Positions 25,300 to 38,590 of a stretch of 64,000 nt of DNA are shown one piece after another. Origin of the DNA: Lama glama (Eukaryota); NCBI GenBank assembly GCA_028534125.1, contig CM052816.1, positions 16,370,001-16,434,000 on the forward strand, given 5' to 3'. Position 1 is the first letter of the stretch. The number at the start of each line of letters is the position of its first letter. Under the pieces are notes generated by a model that saw only the letters and a program-made list of their open reading frames with translations, was not told where the DNA came from and did not search any database. A program made the translations under genes and the position numbers.

Positions 25300-26150
25300 G
25301 ACATTTGGTAAATTAAATACTCACTGGTGATGGCTTAGTAAATTAGGAATAGAAAGATACTTAATATACTACTTTAAATAATCATCCAACATGATAGTGG
25401 TGAAACTCTAAAACCATTTGTACCTTAAAAATCAAGATGTTATTCATCAGAATACCTACTGTCACAATTAGTTAAGTAATAATGGTCTTTCTATCCAATG
25501 AAATAAAGTAGGAAATGGAAATAATAAGAAAAAGCTGTTAGAAGGGAGACAGAATTACTTTTTAATGTAGATCATCTTTGTTTATCTAGGAAACTGAAGT
25601 GAGTCAACTGAAAAAAACTCTTAGAATTAGGAGTTCATTAAGGTAGCTAGGGATAATAGAAATACATAAAAATCAATAACTTTTCTATATAATAGAAAAC
25701 AGGACATAAAATGAAGTATCAGATCTTCAAGAAAGCAATTAATAGGAAATATTTGGGGTTAAATCTGTAAAAAAACAAAACAAAACAAAAAAACCCCCAC
25801 AAGACTGAAGTGACAAAAAGTAACTAAATTTTTGTAAGGCACATTAAAAAAAACTAGAATAAATAGAAACACAGTCCATGTTTAGGAGTAGAAGACTGAT
25901 CTATTATTCACAAATTAATCTGAAACAGTATACACCTGACAACAGTGAGGAAAAAATCTTAGGGATAGGGAGCAACAGTATAGAAGAGAAAGTTAAAATG
26001 TAATAACTGACAACACTGTAAACTGACTATATGTCAATTTAAAAAAAATACATATATAAAGCTAATGTAACTAAAACAGAACAGTCTAAAAACAGACCCT
26101 ATCATAGAACAAAACTCAATGTATGATACAAGTGACATCACCAATCAATG
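25300..26150 (+). mobile_element. Degraded L1 ORF2 relic containing a short younger L1 3' end (about 25970-26050)
   Basis: A-rich sequence with L1-like motifs (tttatctaggaaa...ttagaatt...aaaatcaata) and acactgtaaactgactatatgtcaatttaaaaaaaa. Confidence 0.55.
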
Positions 26151-26179
26151 AGGAATGGTAAGAGCAAGAGAACTAGACG

Positions 26180-28200
26180 TCCATTCAGTCTCTTCCTCTC
26201 CTCACGTGTGGACTCTGACTAAATGAGTGACTGCTCCACACCTCCTCCTGTAACACTCCTCCCAGCACTAGCACTTTCAGCTTACAGCTCTGCTTCCTAA
26301 ATTTAAATGAGAAGATGAATGCCATCAAAAGACAATGTCTACAGATTCACACCACCTTCTCTACCTGCATCCAGGCCACATACGGTCTTACCTCTTAATT
26401 ATGAACGTTCCTATCTGTGCTCCTATCTCAGACCAACCTCACTACTTGTGCACTGGATCTCATTTCTTCTACCGTACTCCAAGGTGTTGTTCTAGCATTT
26501 CTCTCCCCTCTATTCTTTATCATCAGTATTTCCTCTCTACTGGATTACTTCCATCAGCTTAAAACAAACAAACAAACCTCCCAAGTAGAAATAAAAAGCA
26601 AAAACACTCTCAATCCCGTATCTGCCTCATGCCACCACCCCATGTCTCCATAATCCTTACATTTACTTTGAAAGACACTTGCTACCCTCAATTCTTCTCT
26701 TCTCTCTTGAATACACTCCAGTCAAGTTTGTCTCGCCTAAATTCTACCTAAACTTTTTTGGTCCAAGATCATTTGTCATCTTTGTATGTTGCTCAATCCT
26801 AGGATCAATTCTCAGGTCACATTTCACAATCATTTGACATTAATAATCACTCTTCCTAGAAACACTTTTCCCACTTGTCTTCCAAGATAAAACCAGCTTC
26901 TGGTGCTCTTCTGGTCTTAACACTTGCTCAGTCTCCTTTGCTGGATACTGCTCATCCTCCTAAACTCTACATGTTAGAGAACCCCAGTTTTAGTTCCACA
27001 ACATTGTTACTCTGGGTATACATACTTCATTGGTGAGCTTATCAACAAGGCTCATGGCTTTAAGCATCATGTATGTGCTAATGAATCTCACATTTATACA
27101 TCCTGTCCAGACCTCTTCCCTGAACTTGATCTGCTTCATGCATGTCTAACAAGCACCACAAAATTAACACGTTCAAAACTGAGCTCTTCCTCGAAATCAC
27201 CTTTTTCCCCTACCAAAATGACAGCTCCATCCTTCTAGCTACATAGGATCAAAACACTTCACTTCTCGAGAAATCCTTCAGTAAATTCTACCTTCAAAAT
27301 ATATCCAAACTCTATAATCACTATTCACGACATTTCCACTAGTACTCTTGCCTGGATGAGCAGCACAGCCTGCTTTGGTTTCCTACACTGTTGTAACATA
27401 TTACCACAAAAACAGCACAAATGTTATCTTACAGTTCTAGAGGACGGAAGTCTAAAACAGGCCTAAAAGAGCTAAAATCAAAGTGTCAGCAGAACTGTTC
27501 ATTCTGGAGGCTCTAGGGGAAATTCCAGTCCTTGTCTTTCCCAACTTCTAGAGGCTGCCCACACTCCTTAGCTTGTGGCCACATCACTCCAACTCTGCTT
27601 CCAAGAACACATCTCCTTCTCTGATGATGACACCACTCCATCCTTCATATAAGGACCCCTGTGATTACACTGAGGACCCACCCAGATAATCTAAGATAAT
27701 TTAATCATCTAAAGATCATTAGTTTATTTACCTCTGCAAAGTTCCTTTTGTCATATAAGGAAACATAGTCACAAGTCTCCAGAATTAGGACATGGACGGG
27801 GGATGGGGAGGCTTGTGGCACGTGGGAATCACATTATTCTGCTTACCGCAGCTTCCTGCGGGATCTGTCTGCTACTATCCTTCCCCACAGAAGTCCGAGA
27901 AGCCTTGTTAAAGCCTAAGTTAGATCATGTCAATCCTCACTCAAAACCCCTCAATAGCTTTCCATGTAACTCAGAGTAAAAAGCCAAATGCTTTTCCATG
28001 GCCTTAAAGGCCCTGTAACACCCACAGTCCTGTGAGATATTTGACACCCCCTTCCTCGAAGCCTCTATATTTGCTGTTCTCTCTTCCTGGAGTGCATTCC
28101 CCTCAGACACCCTCCCTTGCTTACTCTGTCATCTCCTTCTGTTCTTTGCTTCTACATCACTTTCTGAGTGAGGTCTTTCTTGACCTCCCCAACCATACTA
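26180..28200 (+). mobile_element. L2 relic split by an MLT1 LTR
   Basis: Pyrimidine-rich L2-like text (ccagacctcttccctgaact, tagatcatgtcaatcctcactcaaaaccc) on both sides of the LTR. Confidence 0.62.
27372..27850 (-). mobile_element. MaLR LTR (MLT1A/B-like)
   Basis: tgtaacatattaccacaaa...ttatcttacagttctagagg...aaggacccctgtgattacactg...agaattaggacatgga. Confidence 0.78.
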
Positions 28201-28204
28201 TTTA

Positions 28205-28640
28205 ACATACACATCAACATTTGTGGGATGCAGTTAAAGTAGTACTTTGAGAGAAATTTATAGCATTAAATGTTTAATTGCTACATTAGAAAAGAAAGTC
28301 ACAAATCAATGATTTAAAAGCTTCTAACTTTAGAAACTAGAAAAAGGGCAAATTAAACCCAAAGCGAGCAGAACGAAGAAAAATAATAGAGAAGCCATTA
28401 ATAAAATACAAATTACCAAAGCTCACTCAAGAATAAACAGCTAATCTGAGTATCATTAAATTTATTAAAGAAACTGAATTCATTGTTTCAAACTGTTCCA
28501 TGAAAAAAACTCCAGGCCAGATGGCTTCATTGGTAAATTCTCCCTAACATTTAAAGAAGAACTAATACCAATCAGACAGACTTTTCAAGAAAATGGAAGA
28601 CAAGGAAACACTTTCCAACTTTTATGATAGGGCAATCAGA
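28205..28640 (+). mobile_element. L1 ORF2 fragments
   Basis: tgtgggatgcagttaaagtagtactttgagagaaatttatagcattaaatg and ccaggccagatggcttcattggtaaattct are L1 ORF2 hallmarks. Confidence 0.75.
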
Positions 28641-31600
28641 CTTTACAAGAAAACAAAACAACAGGCCATTATCAACATGCAAGGCTCATATAGAGACCAC
28701 AGTGCTCTGGGAGTCTGTTACCTGCAGACCACTGTGAGAGGGGGTGGAGGAAGAAAGAGAGACAGAAAATGCTGAGACACTTTCAGTCAGAAGCAGCTCC
28801 TTTGAGCTCTTCTGTGAAATTGCTTTGTAAGAAAAGATCAGAGAATATCAGAAGTGGAAAAGTGAGGTGATTCAAAGGTAGATGGTCCTATGATTGTGAA
28901 ATAATAGATGAGTGAGAGCTTGAGGCCGCAGACGTCCCTGGCCCATATGCCTTGGATGCTCATTTAAGAGCTATGTATTTTCTCATCACTTATAGACCAG
29001 GCCTGTCTGGGTTTGTGCTTATTTGATGCTTGTCAAGCCTGTTTGCCACAAAAAATGAACAGCATTCCCACAACACAATGGGAGAAACAGCAGTATGGAA
29101 GGTAAATCTAAGGAGGCAGAAAGAAGAACCTACAATTTTATAAGTTATTTCTCAATTTAGTTAGTGAGAAGTACAAAAAAAGGAAATGTAGTTAAAGCAG
29201 TGGCTTCAAATACTTAATTCACCCTTGTGTAGATTTCCAAGAAAGGCCATACATTAATCCAGGCTATATGAATTATTAAAGTGCCAGATTTGTATTAAAT
29301 GTACAATGCTCATCCCTGCATAATGAGCTAAGAAAAATAAAATATTAAGTGAGATCATCTCCAAAATACCCTCCTCCAAGTTTAAAGCCTCAGTTGTTAG
29401 AAACTTGCTATTGGTAGGATTTTTCCTTTTGGTCAGCACGAGATGAACAAAAAACTGAAGTATTTTAAGCAGCTACCAAGGACTAAGACTTGAATACATC
29501 CATAAGCAAGATGATGTTGGGGGTATGGCGGAAGAGAATCAGGTCCTCCCCCAAAACAGCTTGATTTTCCTTCCTTGTAAAAGCATGGGGCTCTTAGCTC
29601 AGATGGACATATGTCCCCTTTCTGATGAACTGAGTGAAACAGTGCAGCCACAAAGCAGAAGGCAATGCAGGCAGAGAGCTGACCTACTTCCCTTCTTACT
29701 CATAACAGTAAATCACCAAAAAATGTGGGTGCTTTTCTCCCCCTGCAAGCAACAAGATAAATCCACTTTCAGGTTACTTCCTCTGAACTCAACTTTAATA
29801 CCTCAAATATTGGGGGTTAAAGTTGCTTAACTGCTAAAAACTTAGCACTCTAGAACAGAATTTCCCATTTCTAAAAGTTAATTTATTGGGTGAACTGAAA
29901 GACGAGGAAGAAAACTCCTCTAGAGGTTCTGTCTGTCATCTCTCCCCTCCAGAAAGGAACAATAAGGTCTAGAAGCCAACTCTAAACTGTAGGTGGGGCC
30001 ACAGAACAGCAGCCCCCAGCAGAGGGGCCAGGGCTGCCTGAATGCAGCAGCCCAGGTGCAAGGCACAAAAACAGACTAGAAAAACCTAATACGTAGTCGA
30101 TACTGTGGACGGCTGTTGACAGTAGCCTCACAACAAAGAAACATACACGTTAAGATAACAACTATTTGTCTGCATGCTACAGCATATTAAACGCCATCTC
30201 AAGCTCCTGGTGAAGTAACTAACTAGCCCAGTCAATTTGACTAACTTGCCCACGGTTTGTTTATCAAACAAGCCAGTGACTCTGGAAGGAAAAACCTCAG
30301 GACGAGAACCCCCAGTGCCTGAGATCACTGCCCACATCAAGCTGAATAGTAAGGAGATGGTTCCGTTCTTTCTCAGAGGGACAGCCATCAGCTAACTTAA
30401 AGGAGAGGTCCTTTAAGCATGAAACTCATGGGCCAGGGTAGGTGGGATGCAGCTCCCAGAAATTTGGTTTATCTTCCTCAAAGAACTTCAAAGCCTTAAG
30501 TTAGTTACTGATGGTTTAAAATTAAGACTTGTCAGAAAAATATGAATTGCTGACTTCTCTTTAAATATTATGAAAGAGTCAAACTAACTATACTTCAATT
30601 TAAAAAAAAAAAGAAAAAAAATGAAAGAATCTAGCAGTAACGGGGCTGGCAGGGAGTCACAGCCGCCTAATTTAGAACTGGCACATGCTACCCAGTTTGT
30701 CATTACCATGTCTGCAAATGTCCACTGTATTGCCATTACCGAACCGCCCAGCCCTATTTGTGAGCAAGAGCAGGAAGGAGACTAGGTTGAGAATCTGAGA
30801 AAATAATCACACCTAGAGAAACACCTTTTTATCTAGGACATATACTCAATACCAACTGTGATCTGTGCACTGTCTCTCTAACCCCACATCCCTTAAGGTC
30901 TGTTCCAGCAGGAGAAATGAAACTAACAAAGGAGAGGGAGAAAAGGTGCTTTCTGAAGGCAAACTAAAATCTGGGCAACATGATCCAGCCATACATGATT
31001 TATGCACACCATCACTTTCATGAGGATCTACTAGAATCTCCATGTGATTTTTTTCCCTAGGCTTTAAGATCATTTATATAAATATTCTTAGTAGGTGTGA
31101 TCAGCGTATGCTACCATCTGTTTCAGCTGATATGTGAAAGCATTGTCGCTTTTCAAGCATTTCAAAATCAAATGGAGAACCAAAGGCATTAAAAACAAAG
31201 TGCTGAGGGGGTAAAATGGCAAGCTTGAGAAAAGAATGCCAATCTTTAGATCTGCTTTAAATTTATTTCATACAACTCGGCCATCCATGGACTTTCTGGA
31301 GGTGATTAAATTCACTATGCTTATCATCTGTAGAGTTACCAACCACTAGCAGACTTCATAACTGGAGTAAAACTGGGGAAATGTCGATCAGATAATAAGG
31401 ACCCACAGTTGGTTAATCATATTAATATTTAGATGAAGCAACAACTCTCACTGGCAAACTAATCCACATGGCTGAGAATGAGAACGACTGCCCTAACTAA
31501 GCCATGTACCAATGGGATCCCAAATTAATAACCAGAATTTACTTATTTTCCCTTGAGTGTCAGGAATTATTTATGTGAAACAGCCAAGGTACTGGTTATA

Positions 31601-32527
31601 GTGTATTTTAAAGTTGGTTGCAGACTTCACAGAAAACTTAATTCCTATGACCTCTATTCCATTACTCCAGTTCCCTTGCTTTATTCCCCTTTATTTGTGG
31701 TCACTGCCATCTGGCAGGACATTGAGAGGTAAATTTAAATCTTCAGAGTACGCCCATGACCATTCTCTACTTGGGAAATCAGAGGGGCAACCTCTTCCAC
31801 CAAACCAGCACTTACACTGCTTAGAAATCCCTGTAAAGGGTGAAGAGTATCCGGCCATACATACAAGATCAGTTCACCTCACAGGAGGTAAGCAACTCAT
31901 GGGGCACTTAACAAAGCAACCATTCTTCTGTGTGCTTGTCCTTCTAGAGTCCCACATGCTTAACTTAGCCTAATCACCAGTCTTTCAACAGACCATTATA
32001 AATGCAGAAAAGTTCTTAAGCTTTTACTTCAGTAGCTGGTTGAATTATGTTAATATCTGTATCATAAGGCTACTTTAGGAGATTGCAAAGTAAGGCCTCT
32101 AGCTCCTGAATCTTCTTCCCTCCAATAAGACCCAGCTACTGGACATCAATCTGATGTGTGGGTGGGGAGCTGTTATTATTTTAGGCTTGTGGCGTAACCA
32201 TCGTGATTCCAAGACTACCACATGTTGCAGATGGTCCTCCCTTAAGGAGGGTGTAGAATGGCCACTGCCCACCCTCCATTTGCCAGCAGTGGAGAATACT
32301 ATGCATTTTTAATGACAGGTTAGGAGATAGTAATATGTGAGCCCTGAGGAAGTTATCATTTGATGTTAAACATAAATTTCTCCAAACTCTGTGGACTCTG
32401 GATCAGTGTTTTGTCCCTAACACGTCTAACTAAAATCCTAAAAACAAAACTAACAAAATAAACCTCATCTCTACTCCAACCTAAATCCAATTTGGTGGTA
32501 CCTTAAGTACTGCAGATTGTACTTTAC

Positions 32528-32620
32528 CTGAGGACAGAGGGCTTCTAGCTGGCTTGCAGACATTCGAACAAGCTTTACACCTTCCTCATTGTTTGAGATG
32601 GAACAGGCCAAGTTGGCAAC
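32528..32620 (-). CDS. CTNNA1: CTNNA1 exon 10 (93 nt): VANLACSISNNEEGVKLVRMSASQLEALCPQ
   Basis: Hand translation; TAG acceptor, GTAAAG donor. Confidence 0.96.
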
Positions 32621-33919
32621 CTAGAAGAGGAAACGACATAAAAAGGTCTTTGAAGATTCTCTTTCAGCTGCAAAGGAAAACAAACGAATACCTACCCCAT
32701 CCCTGACCTTTACAGAACAAATGACAAGAGCACCAATGGTGTTTTACTTTTCACAGACTGATTGCCTGCTTATAAGGACAAATTTTTTGGCTCTGTGCTA
32801 AAGAAATTATAAACTCATAACACAGGGTCACATTGTAAGTTGGTGGCAGAACCGTGAAAGATCCTAGGGATTTTAACTCACAGGTTTTACATGGGGCTCT
32901 AACCTGCCTGCACAGTAACTTCAGAAAGAGGGTCTCCTGGTATGAGCAATGAAATGAGAAAAGCTAGGGAACCAAGGGTACCTGGGAAGACTCATTTGTG
33001 CCCTCAAATAAAAATGTACTTTGCAGTTGTTCTTGAAGGAAGGAAATCAAAATTCTGAGTTGCTGTTCTCATTTGACAGGTGAATGGATGCTTACCCTAA
33101 GCCAAGATATATTTTATTTGAACACAGGCTATTTTTCAAATAAAAAATATAGCATTAACACAACATCAAGATGGACCCAAGGCTATCCTCATCAGAGATG
33201 GAAAAAGAAACAGGGATAACATTCCATAGTTAAGAGCAAAACTGTCCTTCAACTGTATTCTCAAAAGCACTGACAGCTGGACTGTTTCCTGAATGATGCC
33301 ACTTCATTTGAACTAAAATCTTTACCTTCCCATCCAAGTGTCTCAATGACACCACTTACGTAGCCAGAAACAATCTCTCCAAGTTGTATCATACTTCCTC
33401 TGCTGAAGCTCTGGCTGTTGCTCTGTAGCCACTGCTACTGTCATCACTTATCCACGTTTCTAAATGAAAAGGTTTGCCAATTCTATTAGCAGCACCATGG
33501 ACCATCTGAATACACGGTGCTCTCTGATATACATCTTTCTCCCAGATGCAAACTGAGTTATGAATGAGAGGTGTAGGCAACTGAATATCAGAGGCACTTT
33601 CTGAGAATTTAAAATGCCAGAGTAAACAATGGCATTGGCAATAACCTTTGATTTTTCACTCCTCCACCCAACTCAAGTACATAAAGGCACAAGGAAAATT
33701 ACATACTATTACTGTTGTTTACAGTGTTACAGTTAAGGATTATCAGCTTTCAGAAAGACCGCTATCAGAATCCTGCAATGGCTAATCACAAGGAGAAGTA
33801 AAAGTAGTAACATAAAATTTAAACATAAAAATGCACAGCAAATGAAAACTAAGTCAGAACTTTAATTGCAAGGGCCTTCAAAATCAAATTAAAAAGTAAC
33901 ATTTATAACCCCTTCTCAA

Positions 33920-34016
33920 GGGGGAGGATACAGCTCAAGCGGTAGAGTGCATGTTTAGCACACATGAAGTCCTGGGTTCAATCCCCAGTACCTCCTCTAA
34001 AACTAAGGAAAAAAAA
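33920..34016 (+). mobile_element. tRNA-Ala-derived SINE (Vic-1-like)
   Basis: gggggaggatacagctcaagcggtagag...ggttcaatccccagtacctcc plus A tail; degenerate tataa(c/a)ccctt flanks. Confidence 0.87.
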
Positions 34017-36388
34017 TATAAACCCTTAAGGTTACAATTCCACTTACTGGTGTCAACTGGATCTGAGCAAAGAGTCATTATGTAGTAATTGCTCAGGATG
34101 ACAATCTATAGAGCTGACTGTAGATTTCTGTTTGCTTTAAAATTGCTGCAAAATATGACCTAAACTAAATTCTGTAGAACATAAAACTTTTACGAACATT
34201 ATCCCTCAAATGTACATTTTATGATGCTCCACTGAAGGAGAAAGTTTAAATTAGATGTGTTCATGAAGCTACAGCTTCTACTGCTTCACTGCCTTAAGAA
34301 GGCATTTTGAAAAACAAATACAAAATTTGAAGTTGTTGACTGAGTTAGCAATTTGGGACTAACAAAGATTCCTGCTGAGGTGAGAGGAGTAACACCCAGC
34401 ACCACCACCCGACTCCCACCATGTAGGAGGCTAGTCAAGTGTTAGATTCAGGAAGGTCTGTCATGTGTTTGAACCTTCCCCTCTCTACTCTATTAGATTT
34501 TAAATTCTAGTACAATTTTGTATTCCCCCAATTTTATGAATGTGTAAAACTCAGAAAAAAATATTTAAATTAAGAAACAAAAGATTATAATAAGTATTAT
34601 CTACAGATCAGAAACCTGAGAGTGGTATATGGCTAGCACTGAAATGGCTGACTTCTGTCAACCACTTTTCTTGTTTCCTGATACAAATTCTATCAAAACA
34701 AAGGTTATGGAAGACTTATTTTTTATTTTAAAACGTTACTTAAAATGTTTCTGATGTACTGTTGAAACAGTAATGTTCTACAAGAGTACACTGCCTGCTT
34801 CAGGAGGTCACCCTCCCTGGTCTGGGAGGAGGAAGTGGGCGCCTGTCACTGACAGTCTTCTCCAGATGAATGGGCTTCAATTCACCCTCCAGGGATAGGG
34901 CTACTCACATCTAACAATGACAAATGTGCAAATGCAACAGCTCGACCACAGCTCTGAGAGGCTAACCTCAAATACTAGTGCCAGGCTTGACTGTCATGTA
35001 AGCTGGGAATGAAGGAAGGAGCTTCCTAAACACCTCTTTCTGAGGCTTCAGAAATCTGGAATAGCAGTTAATACTGAGACTGAAGAAGATGCTGAAGTCT
35101 GAATTAAAAACACTCAGAGCAGCTAACTTCCACACAGAATCTGGCAGAGCTGAGACTCTGCAGAGTGATGTGCAACATCTCTAATTTGCTCTGGGAATAA
35201 ATTATCATATCTTTGCTACCACAGTAACGTGTGTATTAACAACTTAAACATCTTTGATTCCTGCTTATCTAAAAGGGGGGCTAAGACAACACTATGACTA
35301 GTAGCTTTGAAATCATGAAGGCCTCCTTTGCACTATTCTGCCTCTTTTAAGTTTGAATCTTGTAGAAAAGCAAAACATTTCAGAAAACTTTCAACTCCCT
35401 GATTAAAAAAAAAAACAACCTAGCCCTGGGCTTTTGCTGGTTTTAGGAGTAGCTCAGAAATATTCTGTACTGTGCAGGGAAAAAAACGGTCACAGCCTGG
35501 TTATGTCAGATCAACAAAATATGACATCTGTACATGACAGAAAGGACAACTTTTTAGACATTTAGGAAAGCTCAAGAATTTCTTTGCTTAAATAAAATTT
35601 ATGAAACAAAGTTCTTTGCTGGAAAAAAATATACCACTATGACTATTTTTTCTCTATTATACATGCGTTAATGGCTTTAAACGAAGTTTAAAATTTAAGT
35701 CAAGCCCAAGTTGTTTCCCACTGCCCCATATCCTGGAACCTTTGGAGAAAGACATGAAGAGATTTCTTTTTATTCTTGATAATAAATTGATGACATACTC
35801 TTGTGTTAGCCTATGCCCGCTGTGGAGGTAAAACAAGTGAGAAGAACTGTGGAAGCGGGGGCATTTAAGTCTCAGTAGTGACATCACGACCTAAGTAGCA
35901 GGCCAAAAGATGAAGCTCAAAACCTACATCACTTGCCGTGTGGCCCTGGATTAAGCTACCATCTGAGTTTTCTTCTTTAAAATGGCTAAATTCTCTACAC
36001 TCTCAAAAAGTCCAAAATAATAATAACTGAACTTTTCCAAACCTGTCATATACAAAGTAAGATGTCCCAACTGCACATCATATAAACTTCAGAACCACTC
36101 AGTTACTTCCAAACCCACAGAGAAAATGATGATGGAACAGAGTTAAGTTTCCATTTCCCCAATCTCCAGGGAAGGGTGCTAGTTATCTTATTAGGAGGAA
36201 CAGGATAGTTTACCAAAAAATCAAACACTCATGGGTGACAGAAAAGTTCCAAATTGGACTGTGATAATGACTGCATAATTCTGTAAATTTGGTAAACATC
36301 ATTCAAATTTATACTTTAAATGGGTGAATTTTATGGTATATAAATTATACCACAAGATGGTGTTTTAAATAAAAATGCAGGTCAAGTT

Positions 36389-36528
36389 GGGGAGGGTATA
36401 GCTCAAGTGGTAGAGCGCATGCCTAGCATGCCTGAGGTACTGGGTTCAATCCATAGTACCTCCACTGAAAAATCAAATAAATAAACCTAATTACCTCCCC
36501 CCTGCAAAAAAAGAAAAAAGAAAAAAGA
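36389..36528 (+). mobile_element. tRNA-Ala-derived SINE (Vic-1-like), long-tail form with a 15-bp target-site duplication (TSD)
   Basis: A and B boxes and tail; aaaaatgcaggtcaa at 36371-36385 and 36529-36543. Confidence 0.92.
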
Positions 36529-36849
36529 AAAAATGCAGGTCAAAGCAGGTGAGTAGTTAAGGAAAATTAGCAGAGGCTAGAAATGAGAAAGCAGAAATTC
36601 TGAAAGGTAGGCAAGCACTGTTTATGTGGGGGTGCTCTGTGATCAGAACTTGGGTTAACTGCAAACACCATGGCCCTTGCAAGGCCCTTGCCTTAGATGA
36701 GAGAATCTGCGTAGAGCTGGGACAACCAAAAGGCAGCAACCTTAGTGAAACAGTGAATTAAGAAAAAAGTCAACATGAGGAGGAAAACAGTAGGGTACTC
36801 ACCAACATAAGCCCTAAGCATTCCCTCAGGGAGAAAAAGAAAAGAAAAG

Positions 36850-38590
36850 GCCTCTCCTTCTGTAAATTCTAACCAAAGGCTGGCCCTCCTTAGGGGTTTA
36901 GATATAGGAGGTCATATATTAGCAGTATCCATAAGCAACTGACATAAGTCAATATAAATGGAAATTTTCTCTGATGGAAAGTAATTTAAACACAGGCCTC
37001 AAAGAATTCCCAAATGCAAAATGTCAAGAATATAAACTCACAATAAAAACTGTAAGAAATACACAAGGAAATAAGCCACCGTGAACAAAAGCAAGCAAAA
37101 GAACTGTGTAATCAGATCCATGACTGCAGATACTCAAATGATAGAAAGTGGAATATCAAAAAATATATTATATTAACAGAAATAAAAGAAAGTATACAAA
37201 GTATAGAAAAGGAAAAACACACTAAAAAATGACTAGGCAGAGTTGAGAAGGATCAAAATAGAACTTAAAGAGGAAAGTAGTAGTGCCTACCATTTCTAGA
37301 AATTTAAAATATCAACCAAACACTGCTTAAAAGAGAATCACTAACCTGGAAGTTAAAATGAAGAAATTACTCAGGAAATCAAAGAAATTTTCATGACATG
37401 GAAACCATAAAATAAATTAAGAGACACTTAAGATAGACTAAGGTCTCCTATTCAACTACAAAGATTTCAGAAGGAAAGAGAGGGAGATTGTGGAAGAGGC
37501 AATACTGAAAGAGGTAAAATGACTGAAGATTTTTCAGAGTGGATGAAACATATTTTCAGATTTTAGAAGACAAATTCTAAGCAGAGTAAACAAAAAGAAA
37601 TCCATATCCTGACACACTAGAATGTAATGAAGATTTAGAACAAAGACAAGATTTTTTTAAACAGCCAGAAAGTAAATACAAATTATCTACAAAGAAAGCT
37701 CAGCAAGACTGACTGCTGACTTCTCAAAGGAAACAATGGATGCCAGAGACAGGGAACTGGTATCTTCAAATCACTGAAGGGTAGCAGCATGGGCATCATC
37801 CTAGGACTGTACATCCAATAAAATTATTTTTTCAAGAATTAAGGCAAAATAAAGACACTAAAAGCAAAAACAGAAACAATCAGAGAGCATTTACTCCAGA
37901 CAGATCTTTCCTGCCCCACGAAAGGAGTTTCTAATGAAGATGCTTCAGGAAAAAAGGAAGCAATCCCAGAAGGAAGGTCTAATATGCAATAAGAAATGGG
38001 AAGCAATGAAAATATGGTACCAGGTTGATGCCAACTCTTAAGCAAAAGTTGAAATAAGCAAATAAAGCAATATCAACAGTGTCTAACTCATGGGCTAAGA
38101 ATTAAGAAAACCAAAATACTGGACAACAATAATATTTAAGTTAGAGAATGAAGTTAAAAAAAGTCTAAGATTTTTATATTGTTTCAGAAGGAAGAAAAGA
38201 TACTGATTAACCACAAACTTTGAGTTAAACATACATGCTAAAATATCCAGAGTTGTTACTAATAAAACAATAGAGTGTATGGTTTCCAAGTAAGAGGAGG
38301 GAGGAAAAACAGAAGGGGGTGAGGGGACCCAATCAATCCAAAAAAGGAAAGAAGTGTTAGATACAGAGGAAGAGGGATGGAAGCAGAGGATTAAGAAGGG
38401 GAAAGTGAGAGAACATAAATCCAATGGTAAACTGAATCCACACTGTCACAATGGTAATAAATGTTTATGTACAAAACTAACAGTTTAAAAAAAAAACTGC
38501 TAACCAGAATAACAGTAATTAAACGTTTTCCAAAGGATACATTTAAAATATTAAGAAACAGAAATTCTGAAGATTATTTTTAAAAAGAAA
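36850..38590 (+). mobile_element. Ancient L1M ORF1/inter-ORF relic
   Basis: A-rich strand bias; agactgactgctgacttctcaaaggaaacaatggatgccagagac matches the L1 ORF1 'RLTADFS.ETM.AR' motif. Confidence 0.7.
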
